Positions 34,387 to 44,496 of a stretch of 64,000 nt of DNA are shown here, one piece after another. Origin of the DNA: a virus. Lineage: Duplodnaviria; Caudoviricetes. The stretch covers positions 1 through 64,000 of the IMG/VR virus record IMGVR_UViG_3300017700_000931, one strand, 5' to 3'. Position 1 is the stretch's first letter, and each line of letters starts with the position of its first letter. Below the pieces are notes generated by a model. That model saw only the letters and a list, made by a program, of their open reading frames with translations. It had not been told where the DNA came from and did not search any database. The position numbers and the translations under genes are program-made.

Positions 34387-34906
34387 TTATTGGTCCCTCA
34401 TATTTTTCATCAGAATATTTAGATGATGTCACACAATCATAATCCATATCCCATGATGTTATTACAAAATTAAGTGATAAACACACAACACCATCGATAA
34501 TTTCTCTCCTTGCATGAAAATGACCTCGTCTATAATCAGAATGGCCATAATCATTTTCTTCCCACGTAGAAATTTCATTTAATAAATCACTAGCCGTTTC
34601 TTTTAAACGTTCTATAGATGTGATATCAATAATTCTGTTATGGTATCTATTAGAAAATGCCTCATAGTATTTTTTTATTAAATCAAAATCCATGTCTTCT
34701 AAAATCCAATGAATTTGTTCTTTAGTTGACATTTGTGGTAAAGTCAATAATGGCCTGTTTTTTAATTCAGTTGTTATCCGGCTTATTAATTCCTTATCTA
34801 GATTGGGTTTAGTAAGTTCTGAATGTAACTTAGTTTGTAAACCTTTATATGTGTACGTTGGGAATTCCATTGAGGCAAAATTACGTAATTTTTTATTAGT
34901 CTGCAA
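34379..34906 (-). CDS. hypothetical protein
   Basis: ORF; start uncertain. Confidence 0.65.
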   Translation of the reverse strand: MQTNKKLRNFASMEFPTYTYKGLQTKLHSELTKPNLDKELISRITTELKNRPLLTLPQMSTKEQIHWILEDMDFDLIKKYYEAFSNRYHNRIIDITSIERLKETASDLLNEISTWEENDYGHSDYRRGHFHARREIIDGVVCLSLNFVITSWDMDYDCVTSSKYSDEKYEGPIND

Positions 34907-34959
34907 TAAAAAAAGCCATACTTTTGGTATGGCTTTTACTTGTAAAAAATTTTTGAAAA

Positions 34960-35586
34960 TTATCTTTTACCATCTGCTTGTACTGTGATGCTTTGACCAC
35001 CTCTAGCTTGAGCTTCTTGAACTCTTGCTTCTCTATCAGCAGTGATTTGAGATTTGTAATCGTTAATTTGATTAACGTAAGAATCAATTTTATCTTTAGC
35101 TGTTGACAATTCTGCCTTCATTGTTGCAGAAGCAGCAGCAAATTCCAATTCTTTTGCTCTGATTTCTCCATTATGTCTTGCTGTGATAATAGCGATAGCT
35201 TTTTCAGTTTCAGCTTTAACATTTTTATCAAATGATGTTTTAGTAGATTCCAATTCACTCTTTAGTGAAGCTAGTTCACTAGCATCAATTGATACTTTAC
35301 CTTCTGATTTTAAGATTTCGTTTACCAATGAAGAAGCAGATTCTTTTGCTCTCAATTTAAGGTCTGCTTGCATTTCTCTTTCCTTTTCAGTGAAATTAAC
35401 ACTCAATTTCTCAAGTTCCGCTTGTTTTAATTCAATGTTTGTCACTAAATCTTCATATGATTCATTAGTTGCTTGTAAATCTGAAACGATTTTTGCTAAT
35501 GCTTCTGTTGCTTTGTTAATTTTTTGTGTACTAGCTTGTGCGATGCTGGTTACTTTGTTTATTTCATTACTTCCTTTTGTTGCCAT
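34960..35586 (-). CDS. coiled-coil protein
   Basis: 208 aa, Ala/Lys/Glu heptads. Confidence 0.8.
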   Translation of the reverse strand: MATKGSNEINKVTSIAQASTQKINKATEALAKIVSDLQATNESYEDLVTNIELKQAELEKLSVNFTEKEREMQADLKLRAKESASSLVNEILKSEGKVSIDASELASLKSELESTKTSFDKNVKAETEKAIAIITARHNGEIRAKELEFAAASATMKAELSTAKDKIDSYVNQINDYKSQITADREARVQEAQARGGQSITVQADGKR

Positions 35587-35810
35587 TTTAATTTTTTTAA
35601 GGCTTTGTTATGGTTTTTATTTCTAGTACAAAGATACGAAGAAACCTAGATATAGGCAAGGGTTTTTCGAACTTTTTTTTATTTTTTTTAAAGTATTTCA
35701 GTACTGATTATCAGTACTTTATGTATTTTTAATGAAAATATTTTTAATATATTAAAATAGGTCGACATTAGTCCTAAATGTTATAGTGGTGATTGAGATA
35801 TTTATAACAT

Positions 35811-36551
35811 ATGAAGCTAGTGAAATTATATGAAAGTGTTATAAAAGAAGGTCAAGTTGAGTCTTGTATTTCACAATTTGGTATGGAATTATTTTCGCCG
35901 GAATTCGGTGGTGATGAACCTAACACCGAATTAGAAAATGATTATATTGAATTAATTCATAAATTCTCTGGCAAACCACAAGGTACTAGAATCGATACTA
36001 ATATGTATAATATGGCCAACAAATTAAAAACGTGTGTTTCATATTATCCTGATATTCTTCAATCGAGAGGTTACGCTTTTAGAGGTATTAAGATTTCTAT
36101 TGCTGACTTCTTAAAATCATTCCCAGAAATAAAAGAAAGAATTAGAATGGGGCAACCATTTCAAATGGTTTATAATGCTAAAACACCGATACAAAGTTGG
36201 GGTGATGATGAGGATTCAGCTAATGATGATTTTGGGTATCGTGGGACTAGTATTGCTTCAGTATTAGATAAATTTGATGCTGCTAGAAAATCTGGAACAC
36301 TAAATGAATTCATTCAACATATAATTCACCATAATTTGGATACTGAGATTCCAATCATGATTAAATACAGAATCCAAGCTGATGATTTTATTTTCAAAGG
36401 TAAGTATTTTAATTACCTATCCAATAATGATAATAACGAAATTCTAAGAATTGATAATCGCCCAATAGAAGTATTGGCTAAGGTTAGTCCGATGGAATTT
36501 TCAACAAAATTATTTGATTTATTACAAATACTTTCTAGTTCAAAGTATTAA
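35811..36551 (+). CDS. hypothetical protein (MKLVKLYE N-terminus)
   Basis: 246-aa ORF; ATATTTATA at 35798-35806. Confidence 0.8.
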   Translation: MKLVKLYESVIKEGQVESCISQFGMELFSPEFGGDEPNTELENDYIELIHKFSGKPQGTRIDTNMYNMANKLKTCVSYYPDILQSRGYAFRGIKISIADFLKSFPEIKERIRMGQPFQMVYNAKTPIQSWGDDEDSANDDFGYRGTSIASVLDKFDAARKSGTLNEFIQHIIHHNLDTEIPIMIKYRIQADDFIFKGKYFNYLSNNDNNEILRIDNRPIEVLAKVSPMEFSTKLFDLLQILSSSKY

Positions 36552-36786
36552 CTTCTATTAGAATACCTAGAATTCCACCCATATCGGTGGCATGAAACAT
36601 TAGTTTCTCTCCAAAATGTTTATGCAACGATTCTTTGATTTTTGTACCATCACAATTTGGTTTTAATTGAAATTTTATTTCTTTATCAGTCACATTTTCA
36701 TCATCATCGAAAGTTATTTCGTCAATCCCATATTTACTTTTCAAGTAAGCAGCAATTTCTATATGCAATTCTTGTATCTCTGTCAT
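36535..36786 (-). CDS. hypothetical protein
   Basis: start MTEIQ; ATATTTATA upstream. Confidence 0.65.
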   Translation of the reverse strand: MTEIQELHIEIAAYLKSKYGIDEITFDDDENVTDKEIKFQLKPNCDGTKIKESLHKHFGEKLMFHATDMGGILGILIEVNTLN

Positions 36787-36844
36787 ATCAATAAAGTTAT
36801 ATATAAATATTGACAAACACAACCAAAAGAACTATAATTATCAA

Positions 36845-37156
36845 ATGGGAACAGTATACTTACTAAATGCTTGGGGGACCAATAAATACAAGATTGGGTT
36901 CACAAAAAGGGATATCAATTTAAGAATTAAACAATTACAAACTGGTTGCCCGGATGAAATTGTTTTAGCTAGAAAATATGAATGTGAAAATTATCAAAAA
37001 GTAGAAAAATGGCTCCATAAACAACATAGCTCCAAACGTGTTGAAGGTGAGTGGTTTTTACTGGAGGATGCTGATGTTTATAGTTTTATAAACGATTGTG
37101 ATAAGATTCATACCACAATAAAGTTATTAATCGAAGACAATCCTTTTTATAAATAA
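36845..37156 (+). CDS. T5orf172/GIY-YIG-like nuclease domain protein
   Basis: VYLL...YKIGFT...RIKQLQTG...EKWLH...GEWF. Confidence 0.85.
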   Translation: MGTVYLLNAWGTNKYKIGFTKRDINLRIKQLQTGCPDEIVLARKYECENYQKVEKWLHKQHSSKRVEGEWFLLEDADVYSFINDCDKIHTTIKLLIEDNPFYK

Positions 37157-37183
37157 AAATGGGACCCACTGGGTCCCATTTTA

Positions 37184-38227
37184 TTATGTTAGAAATTCTT
37201 TATAAAAAAATTCAAACTTTTCATAAATTTTATCAGTGGTTTCATCCAAAAGAAATTTATCATATTCTTCTGAGGAACCAAAGTAATCTTTAAACGAAGT
37301 TAGAGCTCTACCCAATTCTTTACCCTTAATACCATAACGTCTCATGATAACATCACCACTAAACTTTGACTTAATGTAAAGTTTTTTACATTCCAAGTAT
37401 TCTAATTCACGCATTTTCTCAGTCATTCTGGCTTCTGGGAAAAATTTATTTGCCCTAGCTACTGAAATTGCTTTGTCTTCGAATTCATAAGACTTGTCCG
37501 AATAGTGTTCAGCAATGTATGTCAAAAATGACATGTATGATTTTCTTTTAATATTTCGCTCACGATTTATTTTATTCAAATTTTTCAATTCAAACATTTC
37601 GGCATCGAAATATTGATTTTTAATTACGTATTCGAATATATCTTCAAGTGTAGAAAAACCTTTTTGCCACTCTGAATAATCAAATCCTAAGAATTCAAAT
37701 ATCTTAGGATAATCCTTAGAAATCATTACTGAACCAATTTTTTGGTCTTTAAAGTAATGGTTATACCATAAACCTTCTTGACCATATTTTAATCCAAGCT
37801 TCTGAGCAATTCTACCAATAAAATTACCTAGGTCATTAAACGCCAAGTAATGATAATTGGAATCAAAGTCTGCTGCGGAACAAGTAATTAAATCAACTTG
37901 AATTTCTTTATAATCAAATGACCAAGCATTACCATTATGAAAAATTTCATTAGGCATGAATGTCTGGGTAATATATGAATGCATATTCCCAAAAACATTT
38001 GAATTATCATCCATAGAGATGATGATATCAATATCACCAAAACTTTCCTTTGTTGAATAAAATAAAGGTACTTCAACTCTTTTGAAAGTTTGTCTAAGAA
38101 TGTTAACTAGCTTATCTGAAGCCACATCAAATTCTTCTCTAGAATAACGTCTAGTATATGTTGACTTTAATGCTAATCCACCCATTTTATTTTCTGTTAG
38201 TTTCCATATAACGGAATACATCCGCAA
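37184..38227 (-). CDS. nucleotidyltransferase-fold protein
   Basis: SFGDIDII; VQVDLI-like strand; C-terminal GIKGKELG. Confidence 0.7.
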   Translation of the reverse strand: MRMYSVIWKLTENKMGGLALKSTYTRRYSREEFDVASDKLVNILRQTFKRVEVPLFYSTKESFGDIDIIISMDDNSNVFGNMHSYITQTFMPNEIFHNGNAWSFDYKEIQVDLITCSAADFDSNYHYLAFNDLGNFIGRIAQKLGLKYGQEGLWYNHYFKDQKIGSVMISKDYPKIFEFLGFDYSEWQKGFSTLEDIFEYVIKNQYFDAEMFELKNLNKINRERNIKRKSYMSFLTYIAEHYSDKSYEFEDKAISVARANKFFPEARMTEKMRELEYLECKKLYIKSKFSGDVIMRRYGIKGKELGRALTSFKDYFGSSEEYDKFLLDETTDKIYEKFEFFYKEFLT

Positions 38228-39755
38228 CTTTTTGCATTACTGCTCGGTGTTCTTCATTACCACCTTTAGTAGAGAACAATTCTTTACCCAAAATTTGTAA
38301 TGCATCACTAACACTATCGTGTTGTTTGATTGCTCTACATTCAGCAAATTTAATTTGTTTTTTATACGAATCCGCAGCTGAAACAATATCTTCATTACTG
38401 ATTTGATTCCCTTGTCTGTGAATCATGTATGCTTTTGCTTTATCGATTACCTCAGAAGCGAAAGCCGGAACAATACCACACAATGAGTTAATTGCAGCAG
38501 TATGGTCACCTTCAACCATTAATGACTTACCTTCTTTATCAACAACCAATTTATCGATAAATTGTTTTGCTGTTTCTTCATCCAAAACACCAAAGTTAAT
38601 TAATGAACCAATACGTTTACCTCTTAAGAATGTTGGCTCAATTACTTCAATGTGATTTGTCGTAAAGATTGAGATGATTGGGAGATTTTTAGTGTCTCCG
38701 CCATCAAGAGTATTTACAATTTCTTGAATTTTTTCACCACGCTCTCCTCGAAGAACTTGGTCAATATCTTCAGTAAACAAAATAACTCCATTACCATTTC
38801 TGGCATAGTTTTCAGCAATTTTCAAAGCCTTAGCTGAATGTTTACATTCTTTAACATAAATGAAGGTCCAACCAAACTCTCTGGCAATTTTACCAAGCCA
38901 AAAAGCGGTTAAGGTTTTACCAGTACCATAGATACCTTCCATTAGTACTCCCAATTTTATATCAAGACCTTCTTTGCGGCATTTTTCAGTTTCCTTGATT
39001 CTGGCTAGAATCGGAATAAGACCATCAAGGATGTCTTTTGAAAATAAAATTTTATTTTCATCGATAGTTGATAAATCCATGAAACTTGGTTCATTAGCAT
39101 AGTCATCGTCATCAAACTCAAGTTCAATTGCTTGAGCTAAATACAATGCTTCTTTCGCTAATATCTCGTTAGTCATATCAATGACTTTTCTGATGTCTGG
39201 TTCGAATTTTTTTCTGATTCGAGCATGAACTGTTATAGTAGTATCCTCATAATCATAATCAAGGTCGATATAACACTCATCATCAAAACCCGGAAGTTGA
39301 ATTCGTCCCCACGGAACTTTTACTTCTTCTCCATTTGGTAATGAAACACTGATTAATTCAGGAATTTTATCACCAGACATACCACCAGTACTAGTTTGGT
39401 TAAAAACACCCAAAACCTTTTCAACTGCTTTTGAAATAGCATATGCTCCTTCATGTTGAAAACATTTTAATTCATAATGAATTTCAACTAGTTGTTTTGT
39501 TGCATGAATTTTATCATTCATGAACTTTAAAGCATATTCAAAACCTTTTTCTTGGGCTAGACCAACCATTTCGGTTAACTCTGCTTCATTCATTTCCGTT
39601 TGAGTTGGTTTGAACATGTCTGTATTGACAGTAGATTCCTCTGTTTCATTTTCTACAGATGTTTCAGAACCCAATTTTTTAATCGGATTTGATTTTTCAG
39701 AAATGCTAGTTTCACCAGCGTTTTTTTCTTTTGTAAGTTCGTTCGTGTTAGCCAT
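38187..39755 (-). CDS. AAA+ ATPase
   Basis: GIYGTGKT, LFTEDID, TTNH, RGKR. Confidence 0.9.
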   Translation of the reverse strand: MANTNELTKEKNAGETSISEKSNPIKKLGSETSVENETEESTVNTDMFKPTQTEMNEAELTEMVGLAQEKGFEYALKFMNDKIHATKQLVEIHYELKCFQHEGAYAISKAVEKVLGVFNQTSTGGMSGDKIPELISVSLPNGEEVKVPWGRIQLPGFDDECYIDLDYDYEDTTITVHARIRKKFEPDIRKVIDMTNEILAKEALYLAQAIELEFDDDDYANEPSFMDLSTIDENKILFSKDILDGLIPILARIKETEKCRKEGLDIKLGVLMEGIYGTGKTLTAFWLGKIAREFGWTFIYVKECKHSAKALKIAENYARNGNGVILFTEDIDQVLRGERGEKIQEIVNTLDGGDTKNLPIISIFTTNHIEVIEPTFLRGKRIGSLINFGVLDEETAKQFIDKLVVDKEGKSLMVEGDHTAAINSLCGIVPAFASEVIDKAKAYMIHRQGNQISNEDIVSAADSYKKQIKFAECRAIKQHDSVSDALQILGKELFSTKGGNEEHRAVMQKVADVFRYMETNRK

Positions 39756-40014
39756 TTTTTAGTTCTTGAGCTTGTTTGTATAAAAATTCCATTTGTTTTT
39801 TCGTGTCAGTTAAACAATCAATTCTAACTTTTTTATCAGGACACGTTCTGATATTAGAATCACCAAATTTATATCTAGTTATTGTTTTTTTCTTTAAAAA
39901 ATTATCAATCTGAGTAAGTGTTCCGGTTAAGCCTTTACAAGTGATAAGGATTTCACCATCTACTTTAGTAAAAGTGATTGGGTAACCACCAAAAGTTAAT
40001 TCTTGATTATCCAT
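39748..40014 (-). CDS. hypothetical protein
   Basis: 88-aa ORF. Confidence 0.7.
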   Translation of the reverse strand: MDNQELTFGGYPITFTKVDGEILITCKGLTGTLTQIDNFLKKKTITRYKFGDSNIRTCPDKKVRIDCLTDTKKQMEFLYKQAQELKNG

Positions 40015-40067
40015 AGTGCAAATGTATAAATAATATTTCGATAATCCAAATTATTTTCGAAAATAAT

Positions 40068-40619
40068 TTAAAATTTAATTAAACCACCATTAATTAAACC
40101 AATAATATATTGAGAGTGTTGCAGATTCATTTTTTTTGCTGTAGTGGCTCCGGCATCATTTTTTACTTCTGGTTTTCTATCTACTGCACTACCAATAGTC
40201 ATGTGCATACCAAAATGTGGTTTGCCTAATCCTAATTCGCTTCTTATTGCTTGTAGTTCACCCCTTTCATTATGAGGAATTATTAACCACCAATGAAGTC
40301 CGTTATCGGAAAATCGTGGCTTAATATCTAAAACAATTTTTATTTCTTTTTTGTGCCACTTAGCTTTAACCTTATCCCAATTACCATTCATATCACTAAC
40401 ATGGTCATTAATGAATGAAATATGTGTACCTCTAAGTGGTTTAGTCAATTCTAGTCCAAATCTTTTTTTTATGAACCAAGCATAATACTCAGTAGTATCA
40501 TCCTTAATAATAACCATAGCTAATCTTTTCCAAGATGATTGGGATTTGTGTTTGTTTGTTTTATCATCTGGGTCAAAATAAATTTTGCCTGTTAATGTTA
40601 TTGTATCCATATCCTTCAT
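40068..40619 (-). CDS. 2H phosphoesterase-like protein
   Basis: THISF and MHMTIG motifs. Confidence 0.65.
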   Translation of the reverse strand: MKDMDTITLTGKIYFDPDDKTNKHKSQSSWKRLAMVIIKDDTTEYYAWFIKKRFGLELTKPLRGTHISFINDHVSDMNGNWDKVKAKWHKKEIKIVLDIKPRFSDNGLHWWLIIPHNERGELQAIRSELGLGKPHFGMHMTIGSAVDRKPEVKNDAGATTAKKMNLQHSQYIIGLINGGLIKF

Positions 40620-41205
40620 AATTTGGAGGGGCAATTGGTGGTTGAATGTTGTGTCTATTTTCTTCTTTTTCAATAAATCGTATTCTAGTTCTAAATGTTG
40701 CTGGGTCTACTAATCTAATCGTTTGATAACCCAACATATCCATTGTGCCAATAACATCATCTAGGTTTGAACAATTAGATAATGAAAATCTTGCTGTTTC
40801 ATTATCCAAATGATTAGATAATTGCATTATCATAACCCTAACTAATTCATCTAAACCATATGGTCCTAGTGAATCAAAATCACTGGCGAATTCAACATTA
40901 ATTGTTTTACCACGAGGATACTTATCCCAAGCACCATCATGCTTAGTGTAACCATATAATTTTAACCATTCAGCAATAACTAAATTAATAAGACTTGCAC
41001 CAAAAGGATAAAATAATTTTAATTCTTCTTCGATTTGAATACCTAAAACTAATTCATCAGACCATTTATCTTTTATAATAAAATCTTTAGGGATTACAAC
41101 TCGGCTATTATTGTAATCATCCTTTTGGCTTACAACATAATTTTTAACTAGATAATCAAAAACTAATGTTTGCTTGTGAAATAAATCATCTAAATTATTT
41201 TTCAT
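40573..41205 (-). CDS. hypothetical protein
   Basis: 210-aa ORF. Confidence 0.7.
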   Translation of the reverse strand: MKNNLDDLFHKQTLVFDYLVKNYVVSQKDDYNNSRVVIPKDFIIKDKWSDELVLGIQIEEELKLFYPFGASLINLVIAEWLKLYGYTKHDGAWDKYPRGKTINVEFASDFDSLGPYGLDELVRVMIMQLSNHLDNETARFSLSNCSNLDDVIGTMDMLGYQTIRLVDPATFRTRIRFIEKEENRHNIQPPIAPPNYEGYGYNNINRQNLF

Positions 41206-41241
41206 ACACAACCCTATGAAAAATAATTTATTAAGTCAAGA

Positions 41242-41988
41242 TTAACCTTTAGCCAAAGCAAAATTTTTCAAAAAATCTCGTAAAAAAACATTTTTCTCAC
41301 CACCCATTTTTATAACCCAGCTAGCATAATTTTTTTTATTATCTTCTTCCCAACGAATAATATCATCAGTAGAAATTACTTCTGGGTTAAATGGTGTTTC
41401 CACATAATCTTTATACAGTTTCTTATTGAAAACACGTTCATCAACAATAAATGAAATACCTGTTAACATAGAATTTAGGTCCGGCTCATAAAATGTCGAT
41501 ACCTTAACATTCGCTTCTTTTAATTTAGCTAAATGTTGTTGCATCGAACCAATATACATTATCTCTCTAAATCCTTGTCTAACTTTATGACCTTCATTAG
41601 AAGTACCGCCATTTAAAAGAATACTTGTTTTCCATTCTTTAGCCCATCGAACGTATTGTTCATCCATTTCATCTGGGTCAATAACATATTTCACCACAAA
41701 ATCAGTATTTGAGTGTTCATGTTGAATACCCATTTGAATCCCCAACAAATTATATGGGACCAATGAATACATTCGTAATTCTAAGTATTTTTCAGACTTC
41801 AAATGAAGCTTACCATAAGTAACCTTAACACCTTTCAGATTAACTTTCAATAATGAACGAAATGTTTCCTCGTTACATTCTTGAGTGTAGAACATTTCTT
41901 CATCATCGGGATGGTTTTCCAATCCAGAAACTCTTATTTCAGATTCTATCGCCCACTCATAGGGTGTTTTTCTAATTTGTTTGTCCAT
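41242..41988 (-). CDS. PTH2-like peptidyl-tRNA hydrolase domain protein
   Basis: MYSLV...IQ...W...KT..LL...FYEPDLNSMLTGI. Confidence 0.6.
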   Translation of the reverse strand: MDKQIRKTPYEWAIESEIRVSGLENHPDDEEMFYTQECNEETFRSLLKVNLKGVKVTYGKLHLKSEKYLELRMYSLVPYNLLGIQMGIQHEHSNTDFVVKYVIDPDEMDEQYVRWAKEWKTSILLNGGTSNEGHKVRQGFREIMYIGSMQQHLAKLKEANVKVSTFYEPDLNSMLTGISFIVDERVFNKKLYKDYVETPFNPEVISTDDIIRWEEDNKKNYASWVIKMGGEKNVFLRDFLKNFALAKG

Positions 41989-42202
41989 TATCTGGTTTTT
42001 GTTTATCGAAATCATAATTCGGCTTTAAGGGTTTGTATCTAAACTCAGTATCAGTTGTTTCAGCTTTAACCTCTTTGGTGGTGCTCTTTAACATCTCAGG
42101 TCTATTCTCTTCAATCCAGACAATATAGCTTGGGTCATTTTCGGTAACCCAACTTAATGTTTTACCTTTATGTTTACCACTTCTGAATATTAGTTCACCC
42201 AT
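41972..42202 (-). CDS. small protein with FxxGKHKG motif
   Basis: FRSGKHKGKTL...DPSYIVWI. Confidence 0.7.
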   Translation of the reverse strand: MGELIFRSGKHKGKTLSWVTENDPSYIVWIEENRPEMLKSTTKEVKAETTDTEFRYKPLKPNYDFDKQKPDNGQTN

Positions 42203-42273
42203 TTGACCACAAATATAAATAAAAAAAGGGAGACTACCAAATAATCTCCCTTTTTTATTATAATTTTTTATTT

Positions 42274-42684
42274 TTATACGATAACACCCTCTATTTCATA
42301 TTCCACAACATCTATTGGTTTAGATGAAGCTTTTTTAGTGTAATATGATACATCATCAACATAAAAGGTGTAATCACCATACCAATCTTCATTTACAAAT
42401 GAAGAATAGATTAAATTGATTAAGATTTCATTATCAATAATATCCCCGGATTCATTGTAATAAACCCAATCATCTATATTGTTACCACTTCTATCATTTT
42501 TTCGCTTGGCTAAGTATGATTCATCACGACCTAATGATAACGAATATTTTGATTTAATTGTGATTATTGTTTCGTTATCTGAATTTGATAACACAAACAT
42601 TAGTGTGGTGATAAATGCACCAAATGCGAATAATAAAACCATATTATCTGAATATTTCTTTAAATAGTGTTGGATTGGATACAA
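42274..42684 (-). CDS. membrane-anchored hypothetical protein
   Basis: N-terminal TM. Confidence 0.65.
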   Translation of the reverse strand: MYPIQHYLKKYSDNMVLLFAFGAFITTLMFVLSNSDNETIITIKSKYSLSLGRDESYLAKRKNDRSGNNIDDWVYYNESGDIIDNEILINLIYSSFVNEDWYGDYTFYVDDVSYYTKKASSKPIDVVEYEIEGVIV

Positions 42685-42841
42685 TCCAATTATAAATCAA
42701 ACTTTGAAGGTTTGGTGGTAATGGGAATCCTTGCATATACACCACATCCATAACAATATGGAATTCTGTGTTACTTGGAAACTCTAGGCCGTGTTGTAAA
42801 CTTGCAGCCTTTTTTAATAAATGAATTTTATTTGCTATCAT
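42644..42841 (-). CDS. hypothetical protein
   Basis: start MIANK. Confidence 0.6.
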   Translation of the reverse strand: MIANKIHLLKKAASLQHGLEFPSNTEFHIVMDVVYMQGFPLPPNLQSLIYNWIVSNPTLFKEIFR

Positions 42842-42907
42842 AACTTTTTTGATAATGATAACTATAAATATCAACAAATAAAGGATAAAGACCAAAAAAG
42901 GGTTGGC

Positions 42908-43960
42908 TTATAAGCCAACCCCCTCATCAAGTTTTTGAAAAAACCACTTCCTAGCTTTATCTGCAACAGATTTTGTTATCTCTTTAACCTCAAATCCATT
43001 ACCGACAATAGTATCTAATTCTTCCTTCACAACGTCTCCACTAACCCAACTTAAATAAACACCAGTACTTTTTCTTGAAAATTCATGGTGATTTTCTTTT
43101 AAGTATGTGAATCCTTGAAGTAATCTTGATTCAGTTAAAAATGAATCGACTAATTCATTGATAGAATTCATTCTTTCAATATCCACTGGAATTTTTTCCT
43201 TGGTGCCAGATGATTTATGCTCATCACCTTTGGTTTTAAACCAATATCTAGATTGATACCAACCTTCAGTGGTACAAACCCAAACAATTCCCTCACCAAC
43301 ACCTTCTTTACCGAAAGCTTTACCAACCGGACATTCTTTTTCAACCATTTCTACCAATTTAGTCATCTCATCGGCAGCTAATTTTGGTTCATTAAAATCA
43401 ATGGTCATTGAATATGTTGGGAAGTCTAGGATGTTGTAAATTCGTTCTTCAGGACTTTTAACCAATGATAATTGTTCATCCTTCAACCAAATATTATCAA
43501 TTTTGATGGCAAAAATGACAAACATTTTATCTAGGCCATTAATAGCAACACCTTTTTGAATACTTTTACCACACCACTCACCATATAACCTTACTACTTC
43601 AGGTGTATAACCTAAATCATCCCCAAAAACCTTCATTATTTTTGAAAGTAGGGCATTATTATCAATAGTGTTAGCGAATGAAGAGAATCCAGCATTATCA
43701 TTCAATGGAGTAATAATACTTTCTTTAGACTGTGTTTGCATTTCATATTCAAAAGCAAGGGGATTCCATACCCAAACAATTCCAGCATTGGTTCCATGTA
43801 ATTTAACCGAACCCCTGAACGTTAAAACAGGTAACGATGCAGATTCATCATACATTGGCTCACCTTGTTCATCATTTCCGATATACCTAGCTCTATGTGC
43901 TACTTGATAAATAACATTTCTGAAGAGCTCAATGCTAGGGAATTTATAAACTTTTTCCAT
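42908..43960 (-). CDS. RNA ligase, Rnl2 family
   Basis: KLHGTN, YGEWCG, EGIVW, FKTK. Confidence 0.88.
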   Translation of the reverse strand: MEKVYKFPSIELFRNVIYQVAHRARYIGNDEQGEPMYDESASLPVLTFRGSVKLHGTNAGIVWVWNPLAFEYEMQTQSKESIITPLNDNAGFSSFANTIDNNALLSKIMKVFGDDLGYTPEVVRLYGEWCGKSIQKGVAINGLDKMFVIFAIKIDNIWLKDEQLSLVKSPEERIYNILDFPTYSMTIDFNEPKLAADEMTKLVEMVEKECPVGKAFGKEGVGEGIVWVCTTEGWYQSRYWFKTKGDEHKSSGTKEKIPVDIERMNSINELVDSFLTESRLLQGFTYLKENHHEFSRKSTGVYLSWVSGDVVKEELDTIVGNGFEVKEITKSVADKARKWFFQKLDEGVGL

Positions 43961-44496
43961 TACTCATTATCTAATTTAATTTCTTTTATTATCGAACCAG
44001 TTGGTAAATAAAGGTGATATTTTTGATAACCTGCATTACCAGATATTGGCAACCACCATGAATCATTTAATTCTTTTACAATGTAAACTTCAAGTCTTGG
44101 TGTATCAAGCGAATCCACTTCATAGATTGTTGTCAGATTCGCACTAATAGAACGTCTAACGATTCCACCACTATCATCTTTACGATAATAATTATAAACC
44201 TGTTTCTCACCTATGTGGCCGGAACCCAAAATGAAATTGCCATCAGTGTTATTTCCATCATTAATCGAAACTAATTCATGAACCACTTTTTCAGTGTATG
44301 GCATATCCTTCATGAAGAGTTGACCACCTAGACCCCATATCATAGGGGTAAGTAAACCAGTAATAAAAATAGCCATCACAATACCACAAAAATAATTAAT
44401 TATTTTTTTAATTATAGTCTGCCCGTATGATAAATCCCTAACGATTGCGATTGAACAGATTATACTAATAACGAAAATTATACAAAATATTATCAT
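43960..44496 (-). CDS. membrane protein
   Basis: two TM plus soluble domain. Confidence 0.7.
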   Translation of the reverse strand: MIIFCIIFVISIICSIAIVRDLSYGQTIIKKIINYFCGIVMAIFITGLLTPMIWGLGGQLFMKDMPYTEKVVHELVSINDGNNTDGNFILGSGHIGEKQVYNYYRKDDSGGIVRRSISANLTTIYEVDSLDTPRLEVYIVKELNDSWWLPISGNAGYQKYHLYLPTGSIIKEIKLDNE